Source of the DNA: Podarcis bocagei
Lineage: Eukaryota
Length of the DNA stretch: 64,000 bases
Reading direction: 5' to 3' (one strand)
Assembly: GCA_964188305.1 (NCBI GenBank)
Contig: OZ076892.1
Below are positions 25,278-37,200 of this stretch, piece after piece. Each line of letters opens with the position of its first letter. Position 1 is the stretch's first letter. Position numbers and translations under genes: made by a program. The notes under the pieces are model-generated. The model saw only the letters and a program-made list of their open reading frames with translations, was not told where the DNA came from and ran no database searches.

Positions 25278-28200
25278 CTAATCCATTTCCTCTTCCTCCA
25301 GGCCAGGCAGGAGGCTGCTCAAACTCTCCCGTGGTGGCTCTGGCACGTGGGGATCATATGTCCATCTGGGAAAGACCCGCTTGTAGAGGGTCATCAGCAC
25401 TGTGTCCTGGGACTTCAACTGCCCATCAAACTGACATTTCATGTGGCCATGGGTACCTGCCAGCAGAGAAGAGAGGGGGAGGCAGCAGTTTAAAACACAG
25501 TTCAGAAAGAGAGATCTGCTGGCATGCTCATAAGCTAAGCGCCCCCATCCCCTTCAAGAGCTGGGCCCGCATACTTACCCAGAGGCTCCTTGATGTGCCC
25601 CCGGCGCCCCCACTTGGTCCGGAGCTCCACTGGCTTGAACCACAATACATCCTCTGTAGGATATGAGAGAAAACAAAGAGTAGGTGGAACTCAGCTGCTG
25701 CCCACTGGTGCACATTCCAAAATGAAATTCCCCAGGCCTTGCTTTCATTCACAGGGTGCTCTGGAATACAGTGGGGTGGAAGGTGTCCATAGGATAGCAC
25801 TGAACTAGCAGAACCTCCCTCTGGCTCAATATTCAGGCACTGCATTCCCAGGGGGAAATGAGTGTCGATTATTATATTTATTTACATCCCACCTTTTCCC
25901 TGGGACTCGAGGCAGCTGACACAAAACAACACAGGTAAAACACAAAAAGCTAAAAAGCAATTGAGCTTTATTAGAATTGAAACTATATAAAACAAATCTA
26001 TTAAGATACAGATAATAAAAACAGCACGGCACTATTATGAGCTCTTTCCTTAAAAAGCAGCCAGTTCCCTAAGACCTGTTGGACTAAAACAGTCTTCACT
26101 TGCCAGCAGAAGGACAAGAAAGGGAGCCAGTCTAGCTTCCCTAGGGCCCTCCAGAGACTCAGAGCAGCCACTGAGAAAAGAGCCTTCCCCGAAGATCTGA
26201 GTCTGGGTTATTCCACAGCAGCTAGCTTGCCATCCCATAGACAAACCCACCAGACTGGCAGCATGTGGACAGGCAAGGCCTGTGCTGCCTTGCAGACCCA
26301 AGTCTAGGGCATTTCCCCAGCTCCTCCCTAACAAGCAGCAGCTCTGCCAGACACTCTTCCCTCTGGGTCCCACCATACCTCTGTTGAAGAACATGTAGCG
26401 CACAACTGCCATCTTGCTGAGGATCTTGAATGGGTGGCCACTGAGCACCACTCGCTTGATCACCAGCCGGTCAGGGTCGACACTGAGCAGGGAGCCTGTG
26501 GCCAGGAGGCTGTGAGCTCCTGCAGAGAAACGCAATTATCAAGCGGGCTGCTGGATGGGCAACAGCGCTCAGTTCTAGGAGCCAGCTCACCACAGCCTGT
26601 GCAATAAATGCAGGCTTCACCCAGCCAACAAAACAGTAGTAGCATTGCACCACTTTTCAAGTGGGAAAAGATATCAATAGTAACCAGCTGGCATCTATGG
26701 CGAGGGGCTGGAAATGCTCTTGGCTCAAAGCCAGAGTCGTCAATCCTTTTCTGCTACCCATGCTAAAAAAAGGAAAGGAAAAGGAACACCCACCCACACA
26801 TCACAGTGACCATTCAACAGCACCAACACAAATATTTAAAAACTGCAGCAGTGCCACCAGTAAATAAGACAGGGTAGTTCAAACAGACAGCTGTTCTCAA
26901 CGAGCCAAGTAGATTCCAAGTTGCTGTCAAAACAGCAGTTCCTAAACTTTTTCAGGGCCACTGCCCATTTGTTCCATAAACCCACCCCCCAGTGTCCCCA
27001 AAGCTACAAAAATCATTACTGCATGAACTAGTAAGGAAGACAGTAACACAATAAAATTCAAAACACATTTATTCAAAAAACCAATTCAAACTATTTGGTT
27101 CAATGAATTCAACAAAACCAAGGGAATTGATGAATTGATACCAGCTTTTCAAAGTCTTGGGACACCTCTGCTGCCCCCGCTCTGCCTCTCAGTGCCCCCC
27201 AGGTAATCCCACCCCGAGGCGATACTGCCCACTTTGGACACCACTGCTGTAGACAACCTTCCCCAGTCCATCACCTGCTGGCTGCTTCAGACTACGCCTC
27301 CCATCAGCCCCAGTCAGCACAACTGCAGTCCAAAGCATTGGGAGGGCAGCAGACTGGAACAGGCTGCTGCTCATGGGCAGGAACTGAGGGAGCAGCAGGA
27401 GAAGGCCCAGGGCTGACAACCCACCTGCCCCAAAGGCCCTCCCCCTAATGCCAAACTCACCATTGCTTTTCTGTCTGAACAGCAGCACAGAAGCAGGTGG
27501 GAAAGTGATGGGGCCGTAGATGGTGGCAACCGTGGCGGTGTCTGCCCGCAGAAACTGCTCCAGCTTGTGCTTGTCCGCTGAGGGAAGGAAAGCACACCGT
27601 CAGCCCCTGCCCTGGAGCCGCAGGAAGCTCTCTTTCACCAATCATCAGCCCCTTTGTGGAATTACAAGGCTACAGAGCTCTGTCCAGGAAAGCTCCCAGG
27701 GACAGAATGGAAAGCTGTGGCTGCAGCCTCTGCCACTGAAGGACCAGCCTCACCTTGCTCCCCTTTTCCTGGGAGCATCAGGAAGGAGCTGCCTGGCACT
27801 CAGACCGGTCAAGCAAGTGCGTCTGTCTGGCTCAGGGCAAGTAGCTGTGTGATGTCCCAGGCAGCACTGAAGCCCAGGATGATGCAGCTAGAAAGGTAGC
27901 AGGGGCCTTCTGCATCCCAGCCAGAAGGTCCACCTGGTCTACCTTCCAGTGGTAGGTGGAGCAACAGAAGTGAGCCTTACCTTTGACTTATCATTGGCTA
28001 GCAGGCTATATAGTATTCCAACCATGCAAACATCAGACACACACAAACACACTTCTTTGTCCAGGCAAACAATGTAGTGCAATTGCACCTCACACCCACC
28101 CCTTACTTGTAAAAATTGAATTACATGCATTCTGGTGGCACCCTTCCAGGCAACAGCTGCAGTGGAGGAAGGAGAGAGACTAGGACAGAACAAAGGAGGG

Positions 28201-31200
28201 AGGCAGGCAGGGGAAGAAGAAATATTTTTCTCTGCTCAGCAGACAGATGGAGGTGCAAGCAGAAGATAAAGGCTGGAATGGATCTGCAGCAGCTGCTGCC
28301 TCTTTGCTGCCTGCCTCTTTGCTCCCTTCTGAAGCCAAGGGAGCAGCATTTAGTCACCTGACAAGTGGAGACACAGGGAAGTCCTCCACATGGAGTTCCC
28401 CCCATTGCCAGCCAGCAGCTTTTGGCTATGTGCAATTTTGTGTACAGAAGCCTCATGTGAGATGCATTTGCACTATACATTCCAGACCACCCAAAGTATT
28501 CAACGACGGCACAACACAGGGCTGGGGCATCTGAAGACCCACTACCCTGTTCCACATGTTCAGCATAGGACTTTCACCAAGACTTCTCTGGACACACACA
28601 CTCACAGAACCAACTGCAGGGGCCCAAACAGGAAGCCTGGGGCACGGGAGGGGGGAAATGCTCATTCACCTGAACTGTGCTGGGAGTAGAGCGGGGAGGC
28701 TCGGAAGCGGCGGAAGCCGCAATGGACAATCACCTCCTCCTTAGACCGGACGGGCTCGCTGTCACCCGGCTGGCGTCTGACCAGGAGGTTGAGCACAGAC
28801 ATCTGCAGAGAGCGCGGAGAAGAAAAGGGGAGGAAAAGAGGGAGCCTTAGGAATAGCCCAAACTCACACCCAAGAGAAGCCTCTGATCACCAAATGCTTG
28901 TCAGGTGTCATAAGAACAGAACAAGATCCTGGCTGCAGGATCAGGCCAAAGGGGGCCCATCTGGTCCAGCATTCTGTTCTCACAGCGGCCACACGGCCCT
29001 GGGAAACCTGCAAGCAAGACAAGAGCACTTTCCCCTCCTGTGGCTTTCAGAAACTAGTATTCAGAAGCACTGCTGCCTCCAACTGGGGAGGCAGAGCAGA
29101 CCCATTGTGGCTGGTAGCCATTGATAACCCTCTGCTTCATTAATTTGTCTAATCTTCTTTTAAAGCCATCCAGGTTAGCAGCCAATCACTGTGGGAGGGA
29201 GTTCCATAGTTTAACTATGCGCTTCGTGAAGAAGGACTTTATTTCATCTGTCCTAAATCTTACATTCTGCTTCATTTACATTTACATTCTGCTTCATTTG
29301 GATGTTCACAAGTACTTGTGTTGAGGGGGAGAAACTTTTCTTTATCTACTTTCTCCATGTGATGCTAAATTTAACAAGCTTCTATCATGTCTCTTCTTAC
29401 TTGCCTTTTCCTCAGATGCTGCAACCTTTCCCCTTGATCATTTTGGTTGCCCTTCCAACGTTAGACAGGTTCAGACATTGTGATGAAAGGCCGTCGGCTT
29501 AAGTGAGGGGGGCACAGCACAGCTGGGTGTGGCCAGAACCCCCAATTGCTCCCCTCCCCATTCACCTTTTGTTCGTAAGGAAGCAGCGTGAAGAGCAACA
29601 GAGGCACCTGCTGCCGGAAACTCTCCATGACCGAGACGGGGACACTGCAGATGTGCAGCGTGACATAACAGCCGACCTGCGGAAAGGGAAGACAGAGGGT
29701 GAAAGAGCGAACCTGGCAGCGCCTGGAGCAAAGTAGGAAGTGGTGGGTTCAGAAAGCAGGAAGGAGCAGAAACTCTGCCCATCAGCAAACAGGTACTGGA
29801 GACCAGAAAAGGACTGTAAGGAATTTGGAAACACCAGCCTTTACCAAGCTGGTCAACCAAGATGGCCATACGATGCTGATGTGAGCTGTCCTTCAAAGCA
29901 TTTGAAGAGCACCAGATTGGCAAAGGCTGCCCCAGACAACCAAATGCCAAGAGCTGGTTTAAATGTGCACAGACTCATTGCATGTGAAACCCCAAGCAAT
30001 GGATGAGGATGGGCAAGGCCCCACCACCCCCGCTTTCTCTAAAGCAGGGGTGGGCAGCCTAAGGCCCTCCAACTGTGGCTGGCCAACAGCTCCCATTCAC
30101 CCTGCCTACTAGCTGCGGCTGACAGGAGCTACAAGCCCAGCAGCATCAGGGGCCATGGGCTTGCCACCCTGGGCCTAGTTTGCAAGCTCTGGTGCAGTTT
30201 CACCTGATGCAGTTTCACCCAAACTGAGAAATCTCAATAATAAGCTGAGGTCGCACATCAAGGGCTACCAAATGAAGAAGTGTGCATGCACACGAAAGCT
30301 CATACCAATAACAAACTTCGGTGGTCTCTAAGGCAGTGTTTCCCAACCACTGTTCCGCGGCACACTAGTGTGCCGCGAGATGTTGCCTGGTGTGCCGCGG
30401 GAAAAATTAAAAAATTCGAAAGTTTTTTTTTTTTAAGTCAAATTTTCGATTGGGGCGCCGTCACTAGATGACCCCTGGGGTTCCCTCCCTCCCTCCCGCT
30501 CTGCGCCTCCCTCCTCCTCCTCCGGGGAGGCCCTTCCTGGCTCTCGGCCAAGGCTTGGCGGCTGCCACTCACTCACTCGCTCGCCCACCCGTCCCTCCAT
30601 CCCTGCACCCGGCCTCTCCCCCTCCATCCCCGGCGCGGGGGCTGCCGGGATCCGTAGTCCCCTCGCCCTTGGGCTCCGCGCCCGCGCGGGGTGCGCAAAC
30701 TACGTTTCCCAGCGTGGCCTGGCGGGCCGGGCGTTTTGTTTGAAGCGCTCTTCTCCCGGCCATGGAATGAGCGCAGCGGCGGCGGCCGGGCGGGCAGGGG
30801 CTCTTCCGCGCAGACCCCGCGCAGCCTGCCTGCGCCCCCGCGGAGATCGGGCGGCAGGATGGAGCCCGGGAATCCCCGCGGAGGCGGAGCGGCGGCTGCC
30901 CCCCAGGTAGGGCTGCGTCGGGGGTTTTTTATTTTTGCAATGCTGCATCCGCGCCGGAGGGGACGCATCGGACCGCGGGGAGACCCCTTGGCGGGCGTGC
31001 AAGGCAATGCATGCGTGCAGGCGTTGCATGGAGTGCAGTGCAATGCAATGGCAACGCGGCACCCTGCATGCATGCATGCAACTTCCACCGGCGCTCCGGA
31101 CTTGGCAGGTGAGGGGGGTCCCCAGTGGGCGGCAGAGAGAGCCGGGAGGGCGAAGGGGAGCCGGGGGGAGCAGCGCTGCTCTCCGAGCCGAGCCCGGGGG

Positions 31201-34200
31201 GAAACTTCGGCGTCGTTGCGCCGGGTGTTGGAAGCGGAGGCTGGCGGGGGCCCCTCACCTGCAAAACCTGGTCGCCTCTCATATATTTCGTGCATTGCAT
31301 TCATCGCCCGCTTTCTCCTCCAAGGAGCTCCCGGGGGCGCGCGTGGTTCTCCCCGTGTTATCCTCGCAACAACAGCCCTGCGAGGTGGGTCAGGTGAGTG
31401 GCCCAAGGGAGCACCCAGGGATTGTCCTGGCCAGGTGGGGTGATTTGAACCCTGCTCTCTGCCCGGTCTTCGTCCTCATTTAGCCCCCACATGTGCATGA
31501 CTGTGCATGACTGAGGATTTCCCCCCTCGTCTTGGCTATGGTGTGAGTCTGTGCTGTTAATTAATGGGGTTCTGCCTTCGGAGAAGATGAGCCAGCCCTC
31601 AAGGAGGTGATTATGTAATTTGCTAGCAATTCATGTCCCTCCCGGCGTGACGCTGCGCGCTGACGTCACGGGGCTGTAATGGTGGTGTGCCTCGAGATTT
31701 TTTTCATGAAACAAGTGTGCCTTTGCCCAAAAAAGGTTGGGAAACACTGCTCTAAGGTGCTACTGGACGGAATTTTTTTATTTTGTTTCAACTACGGCAG
31801 ACCAACACAACTACCTACCTGTGGCCAAATGAAGCTCCAAGTTCCAAAGCCTACACTGATTATCCAGCTGAGGTTATGAACACACCCTAATGCCTTATAC
31901 AGAATCGAACCATTGGTTCAACTAGCCCAGGGGTCTGCAACCTTTAAGACAAAAAGAGCCACTTGGACCCGTTTCCGAAGGGAAAAAAACCTGGGAGCCG
32001 CAAAACCATTGCGACATTTAAAACAAATATATCTCCGGAGCCGCGATCTGACAGCGGGCGGGAAGGTGACGTCGGGACGGTGCGTGACTAACGCACGCAC
32101 TGCCCCCATGCGACGTCACAGCCAGTACAGTGCCCGCCACAGTGGGGAGTGTCGGGGCGCACAATGCGCCTCCTCCCCTTGCTAGTATCCGCCCCGGAGC
32201 CGCGGCAAAGGTGTAAAAGAGCCACATGCGGCTCTGGAGCTGCGGGTTGCAGACCCCTGAACTAGCCCAATACTCAGCAAACTGAAGTTAGCAGGGGGAC
32301 AAACAAGATGCCTTCACCCAGTGTAGCTCCCCTTTATTACAAGACAACAACATAACCCACACACACCCCGGACAGCATACAAATTGATATGGCTACCGTT
32401 TTTTTCGCTCTATAAGACGCACTTTTCCCCTCCTAAAAAGTAAGGGGAAATGTGTGTGCGTCTTACGGAGCGAATGCAGTGTGCGCAGCTATCCCAGAAG
32501 CCAGAACAGCAAGAGGGATTGCTGCACAGCGCTCCCTCTTGCTGTTCTAGCTTCTGGCTTAGCTCCTCAGTCCCTTCCCCCACCTCCCAGAAAAGCCCCC
32601 AAGAGCTGCGCTCCCTTTAAAGAGCCGTGCTGAGCGTGTGTGCAGCTCTTGGGGGCTTTTCCCTGAGGAGGGAGAAGGGCAACCCGTCAGTGACAGGCTG
32701 CCCTTCTCCCTCCTGGGGGAAAAGCCTACAAGCGCCGCGCACACGTTGCGCCTGGGATGCATACATGCTCTGCTCAGCGCTCCCTTTAAAGAATTTTTTT
32801 TCCTTGCATTCCCCCTCTAAAAACTAGGTGCGTCTTATGGTCAACGGTGCATCTTATGGAGTGAAAAATACGGTAATTTGATCCAGCAACCCCACCCCCA
32901 CTCACACACAAGCAAAACTCACTGCAAGCAGCTGAATGCATCCAACCATGCTCTGGGCTCCCCAATTTCTCTCACCGCCAACAAAAACTAACAACTGAAT
33001 AGATGAAGAACCTATCCACGTGACGCGGACACAAGACCCAACGCATGCACCATGCAAAAGACGGAAAAATCATTACCCCCTTCCTTCTCCCACCCCTCTC
33101 TCTCTCCTTACCTTTCTCCCCCACTCACAATGTCTATGATAGAACTATCTCACAGCAAATGTAACAGACCTGCAGATAGGAGTTTATGAACTAAAAAAAG
33201 AAACACGCCCTTTTATGTACCTTTGTTATCCATGAAATCATTTCAATAAAAGCAATAGTAAAAAAAACCTAGCCCATTATTGTGGACTAGCCTTCTTCAA
33301 CCTGATGCCCCCCCCCCCGAGGTTTTGCACCATGGCTGCTATCAGACCCCATCAGCTTCTGCATGAGGCTAGGGCTAAAGGGAATTGCAGTCCAAAACAC
33401 CTGGCAGGCATCAGATGGGGGAGGCTGCTCTGGACTGTCCTGGAGGGGAGCCAGGAGCAAGGAAGGGGGCCTGAGGCTATGCCCCTGCCCAGAGGAAACT
33501 TTATTTAGGCCCATCTCTGGCTTCCAAGATTTCAGAAGACCAGGCGCCTTGCACTTTCCAGCTTCTCTTTGCAAACTTGCTCTCATGTTTGAAGGAAAGC
33601 CCACAAGGTGCTCAAGCTTCTCAGTTCTGTGCTGAGTTGTTGCAGGTTCTACACAACCAAGGAATCGCAGGCCACAGGCAACCCCAGCTGATATGGCTTT
33701 TGCCCTCCACCATGGCATGGACTAGCTCAAGCCACATGGAGCTCTTGCCCCTGCAGGCGCTTTTGGCTCGCTCCGGTTTTGCCCTGAGCTTGCTTCAGGG
33801 GAAGCTGGGTGCAAATGATCCCATGCCCACAGTCAGGCTGTCTCCCACACTTCTGCCCTCCAGCTCTGCAATTTTTTAACAGGACCGATGGGACCAAGGA
33901 GCCTTCAGGGTGTCTGGCAGAACCAGACCAGATCTGGAGCCTGGAGGAAAGGTCTACCTCAGCTCCACTGCTCTCCTCCTCCAGCTGCCGGAAGACGTGT
34001 TTCCTCGTCCGTGAGAAATCCTGGAACTGGAAGATCCGGGCATAGTCGCTGGGCAGGTTCTCTTTGGGGTCCCATGGAGAGGTCCGGAAACTTTTTAGTC
34101 CTCTGTACTTTTGGAACCTGGAGACAACCAGAGGGAGTCAGCGCTCCAAGAGACCCAGCCTCCTGCCTTTGCCTTTCCCACACTCAGCAGAGGAGCTGCC

Positions 34201-37200
34201 TGTGAACCAGCTTCAGGAGGAGCTGCAAGGCTCCTCTGTTCCCAAAGCCCAGCCGAACATGAACCTGGGCATCAAGACTCAGCCTCGCTTTGGCAACTGG
34301 CCGTGATAAATGTAGCAAACCAGGGCAGACCTCGCTATCCCATTGCAGGCACTCCTACCTTTTCACCCTGCATGTATGAGGCTCTTACCGGATCCGGGCC
34401 GCCACATCTCGTGGTGTGTCCACCTCATCTGGAAACATCTCCTCCTGCCGCTCCTGCCTGTACTTCTCCAGAATTGCCTCGTTGTCCTCCATCTTCTCAT
34501 CGTCCAGGAGGGTCATGTCTGGACCCTCCTCTTCCTCTGTGGCCTCTTCATCCTCCTCCTCCTCCTCTTCACTGCCACTCCCATCCTAGCATACGAAAAA
34601 GCAACCCACATGGGGTTGTGAGAGACAAGAGAGAAAGTGTTTGAAGAAAGAAACCTTTTAAAGGAAAAAGGCACCATGTCTACGTAATTGGTATACTACT
34701 ACTTGAAGAATGACACGAAATGAAAAATAAAATAAAATACTAGGCTGGCAGTCAAGACAGACACTCATGGCTTGCCATCTCTCTTTGCTATGCTCTTATA
34801 ACCATGTTCTTCTTTATGGATCACAGAAGATCCACAGCTGAGTGGAAGACGATCTGCCTTGCAAGCAACAGGTCCCACATTCAATTCCTGATGGCATGTC
34901 CAGGTAGGGCTAGGAGAGCTCTGCCAGTCAGAGCAGACAATATCGAGCAATATCGAGCAATGGTCTGACTCTGCATATGGCGGCTTCCTATCCCCCTCCC
35001 CGAATTCTGACCTCTCAGTGCTATGCACCCACAATGCCGCTCTTCATTCCACCATCAGCAGGGGTCCACTAATCTATCTCACCACCAAAACATGTTCCTG
35101 GCTCTCAAGAGAGGATGCCAAGCAGGAGATGACTCCTTCTGCTGGGTCCCGCTAGCTCCAAGGTTCAAGCCTCTCTCCAGCAGTTTCCTACTTTCTTCCT
35201 AACACAAATCAAGTAAGAGATTCCCTTTGCCTCTCCACCCCACCCTTTGAACACATGCCAAAAGACTTTGACAGAATTGGCAGCAAGCACAGAGTCCAGC
35301 TAGTAAGCCAAGCCAACATTTTAGGGTTCCTGCACATCAAGTCCCCCGCTTCTTGCACCCAGCTGTTCCTGAACAGTCCAGAATACCTACAATGAACCCA
35401 TTCTCCCCCGCCCTCCTCCTTCCCCACTTGTCCACCAGATGTCCGGCGACACCTTCCTGCTGTGCACTAACCCCAATCCCATTACCTGGGAGATGGGCTC
35501 TTCCACCATATTCTCTTCCTTGTCTTCCTCCTCATCATCCTCCTCACTGCCACTCTCCAATTCGTCATTGTTGTCCAGGATCCAGGCAGCCTGGTAGGCA
35601 GATGTGCCTTTGGGGACACTCTTGGTCATCTTCTTCCTCTGTGCCAGGGACTCTGGAAGTGCAAGCGCAGTTAGCCAGCATGAGAGAGAGAGAGAGAGAG
35701 AAAGCGCTCACCGCTCCTCATCTGGCCAAACTGAAGCAGTTACAGCAAAGGCTGCTTTACAGCACCAGGAAAGTGAAGCTGAACTATTTAAAAGAACACA
35801 CTGCTTGTGCTTTTACACACTACCATTAAAAAGCGATAAAACGATTTGCTATACCAAAAACTATAAACCTACCCAGACATTTAAAAAGCTAGCTCAAGCT
35901 GCAATCTGTTTTTTGTATATTGTTATTTAGACTTTCTGAATGTCTCAAATAATTCTTGATGATTTTTCTTAGTGATAATTCTATTGGGTTTACAAAAAAA
36001 AAATCACTTTGAGGGTTTTTCTTTTTACAATCAAGCAGTGTACAGTAGTGCCCCGCAAGACGAATGCCTCGCAAGACAAAAAACTCGCTAGACGAAAGGT
36101 TTTTTCGTCCGCGATTTGCCTCGCAAGACGAATTCCCCTATGGGCTTGCTTCGCAAGACGAAAGCCCATAGGGAAATCTCCGGGGACCTCTTTTAAATGC
36201 TAGCGGTGGGGAGCAAAGCCTTTCCCCCCCCCTCCGGCCTTCAGAAGAGGTCCAGGAAGGCTGGCGGGGGCCAAAAGGCTTTGCTCCCCAGCGCCAGCAT
36301 TTTAAAAGCAGTCCGGCATAGCAGGGAAGCGCTTCCTGCTATCCCGGACGGCTTTTGAAGGCAGGAGAGATCCGCGAAGCCTGGGCGCGCTGCGCGCAGG
36401 CTTCGGCATGCCGGCAAGTCTCCGCCAGCAGCGGCAGAGCTGCCGCTGCTGGCAGAGAGATCCGCGAAGCCTGGGCGCGCTGCGCGCAGGCTTCGGCATG
36501 CCGGCAAGTCTCCACCAGCAGCGGCAACGCTGCCGCTGCTGGGGGAGAGATCTGCGAAGCCTGGGCGCGCTGCGCGCAGGCTTCTGCATGCCGGCAAGTC
36601 TCCGCCAGCAGCGGCAACGCTGCCGCTGCTGGGGGAGAGATCTGCGAAGCCTGGGCATGCCGGCAAGTCTCCGCCAGCAGCGGCAACGCTGCCGCTGCTG
36701 GGGGAGAGATCTGGGAGGCCTGGGCGCGCTGCGCGCAGGCTTCGGCATGCCGGCAAGTCTCCGCCAGCAGCGGCAACGCTGCCGCTGCTGGGGGAGAGAT
36801 CTGCGAAGCCTGGGCATGCCGGCAAGTCTCCGCCAGCAGCGGCAACGCTGCCGCTGCTGGGGGAGAGATCTGCGAGGCCTGGGCGCGCTGCGCGCAGGCT
36901 TCGGCATGCCGGCAAGTCTCCGCCAGCAGCGGCAACGCTGCCGCTGCTGGGGGAGAGATCTGCGAAGCCTGGGCATGCCGGCAAGTCTCCGCCAGCAGCG
37001 GCAACGCTGCCGCTGCTGGGGGAGAGATCTGCGAGGCCTGGGCGCGCTGCGCGCAGGCTTCGGCATGCCGGCAAGTCTCCGCCAGCAGCGGCAACGCTGC
37101 CGCTGCTGGGGGAGAGATCTGCGAAGCCTGGGCATGCCGGCAAGTCTCCGCCAGCAGCGGCAACGCTGCCGCTGCTGGGGGAGAGATCTGCGAAGCCTGG

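Noticed and set aside
30573-31483. ORFs of 180-277 aa within the CpG-rich hAT element
   Set aside because: Low-complexity Arg/Pro/Gly/Ala translations on both strands, as expected from GC content; no transposase motifs.
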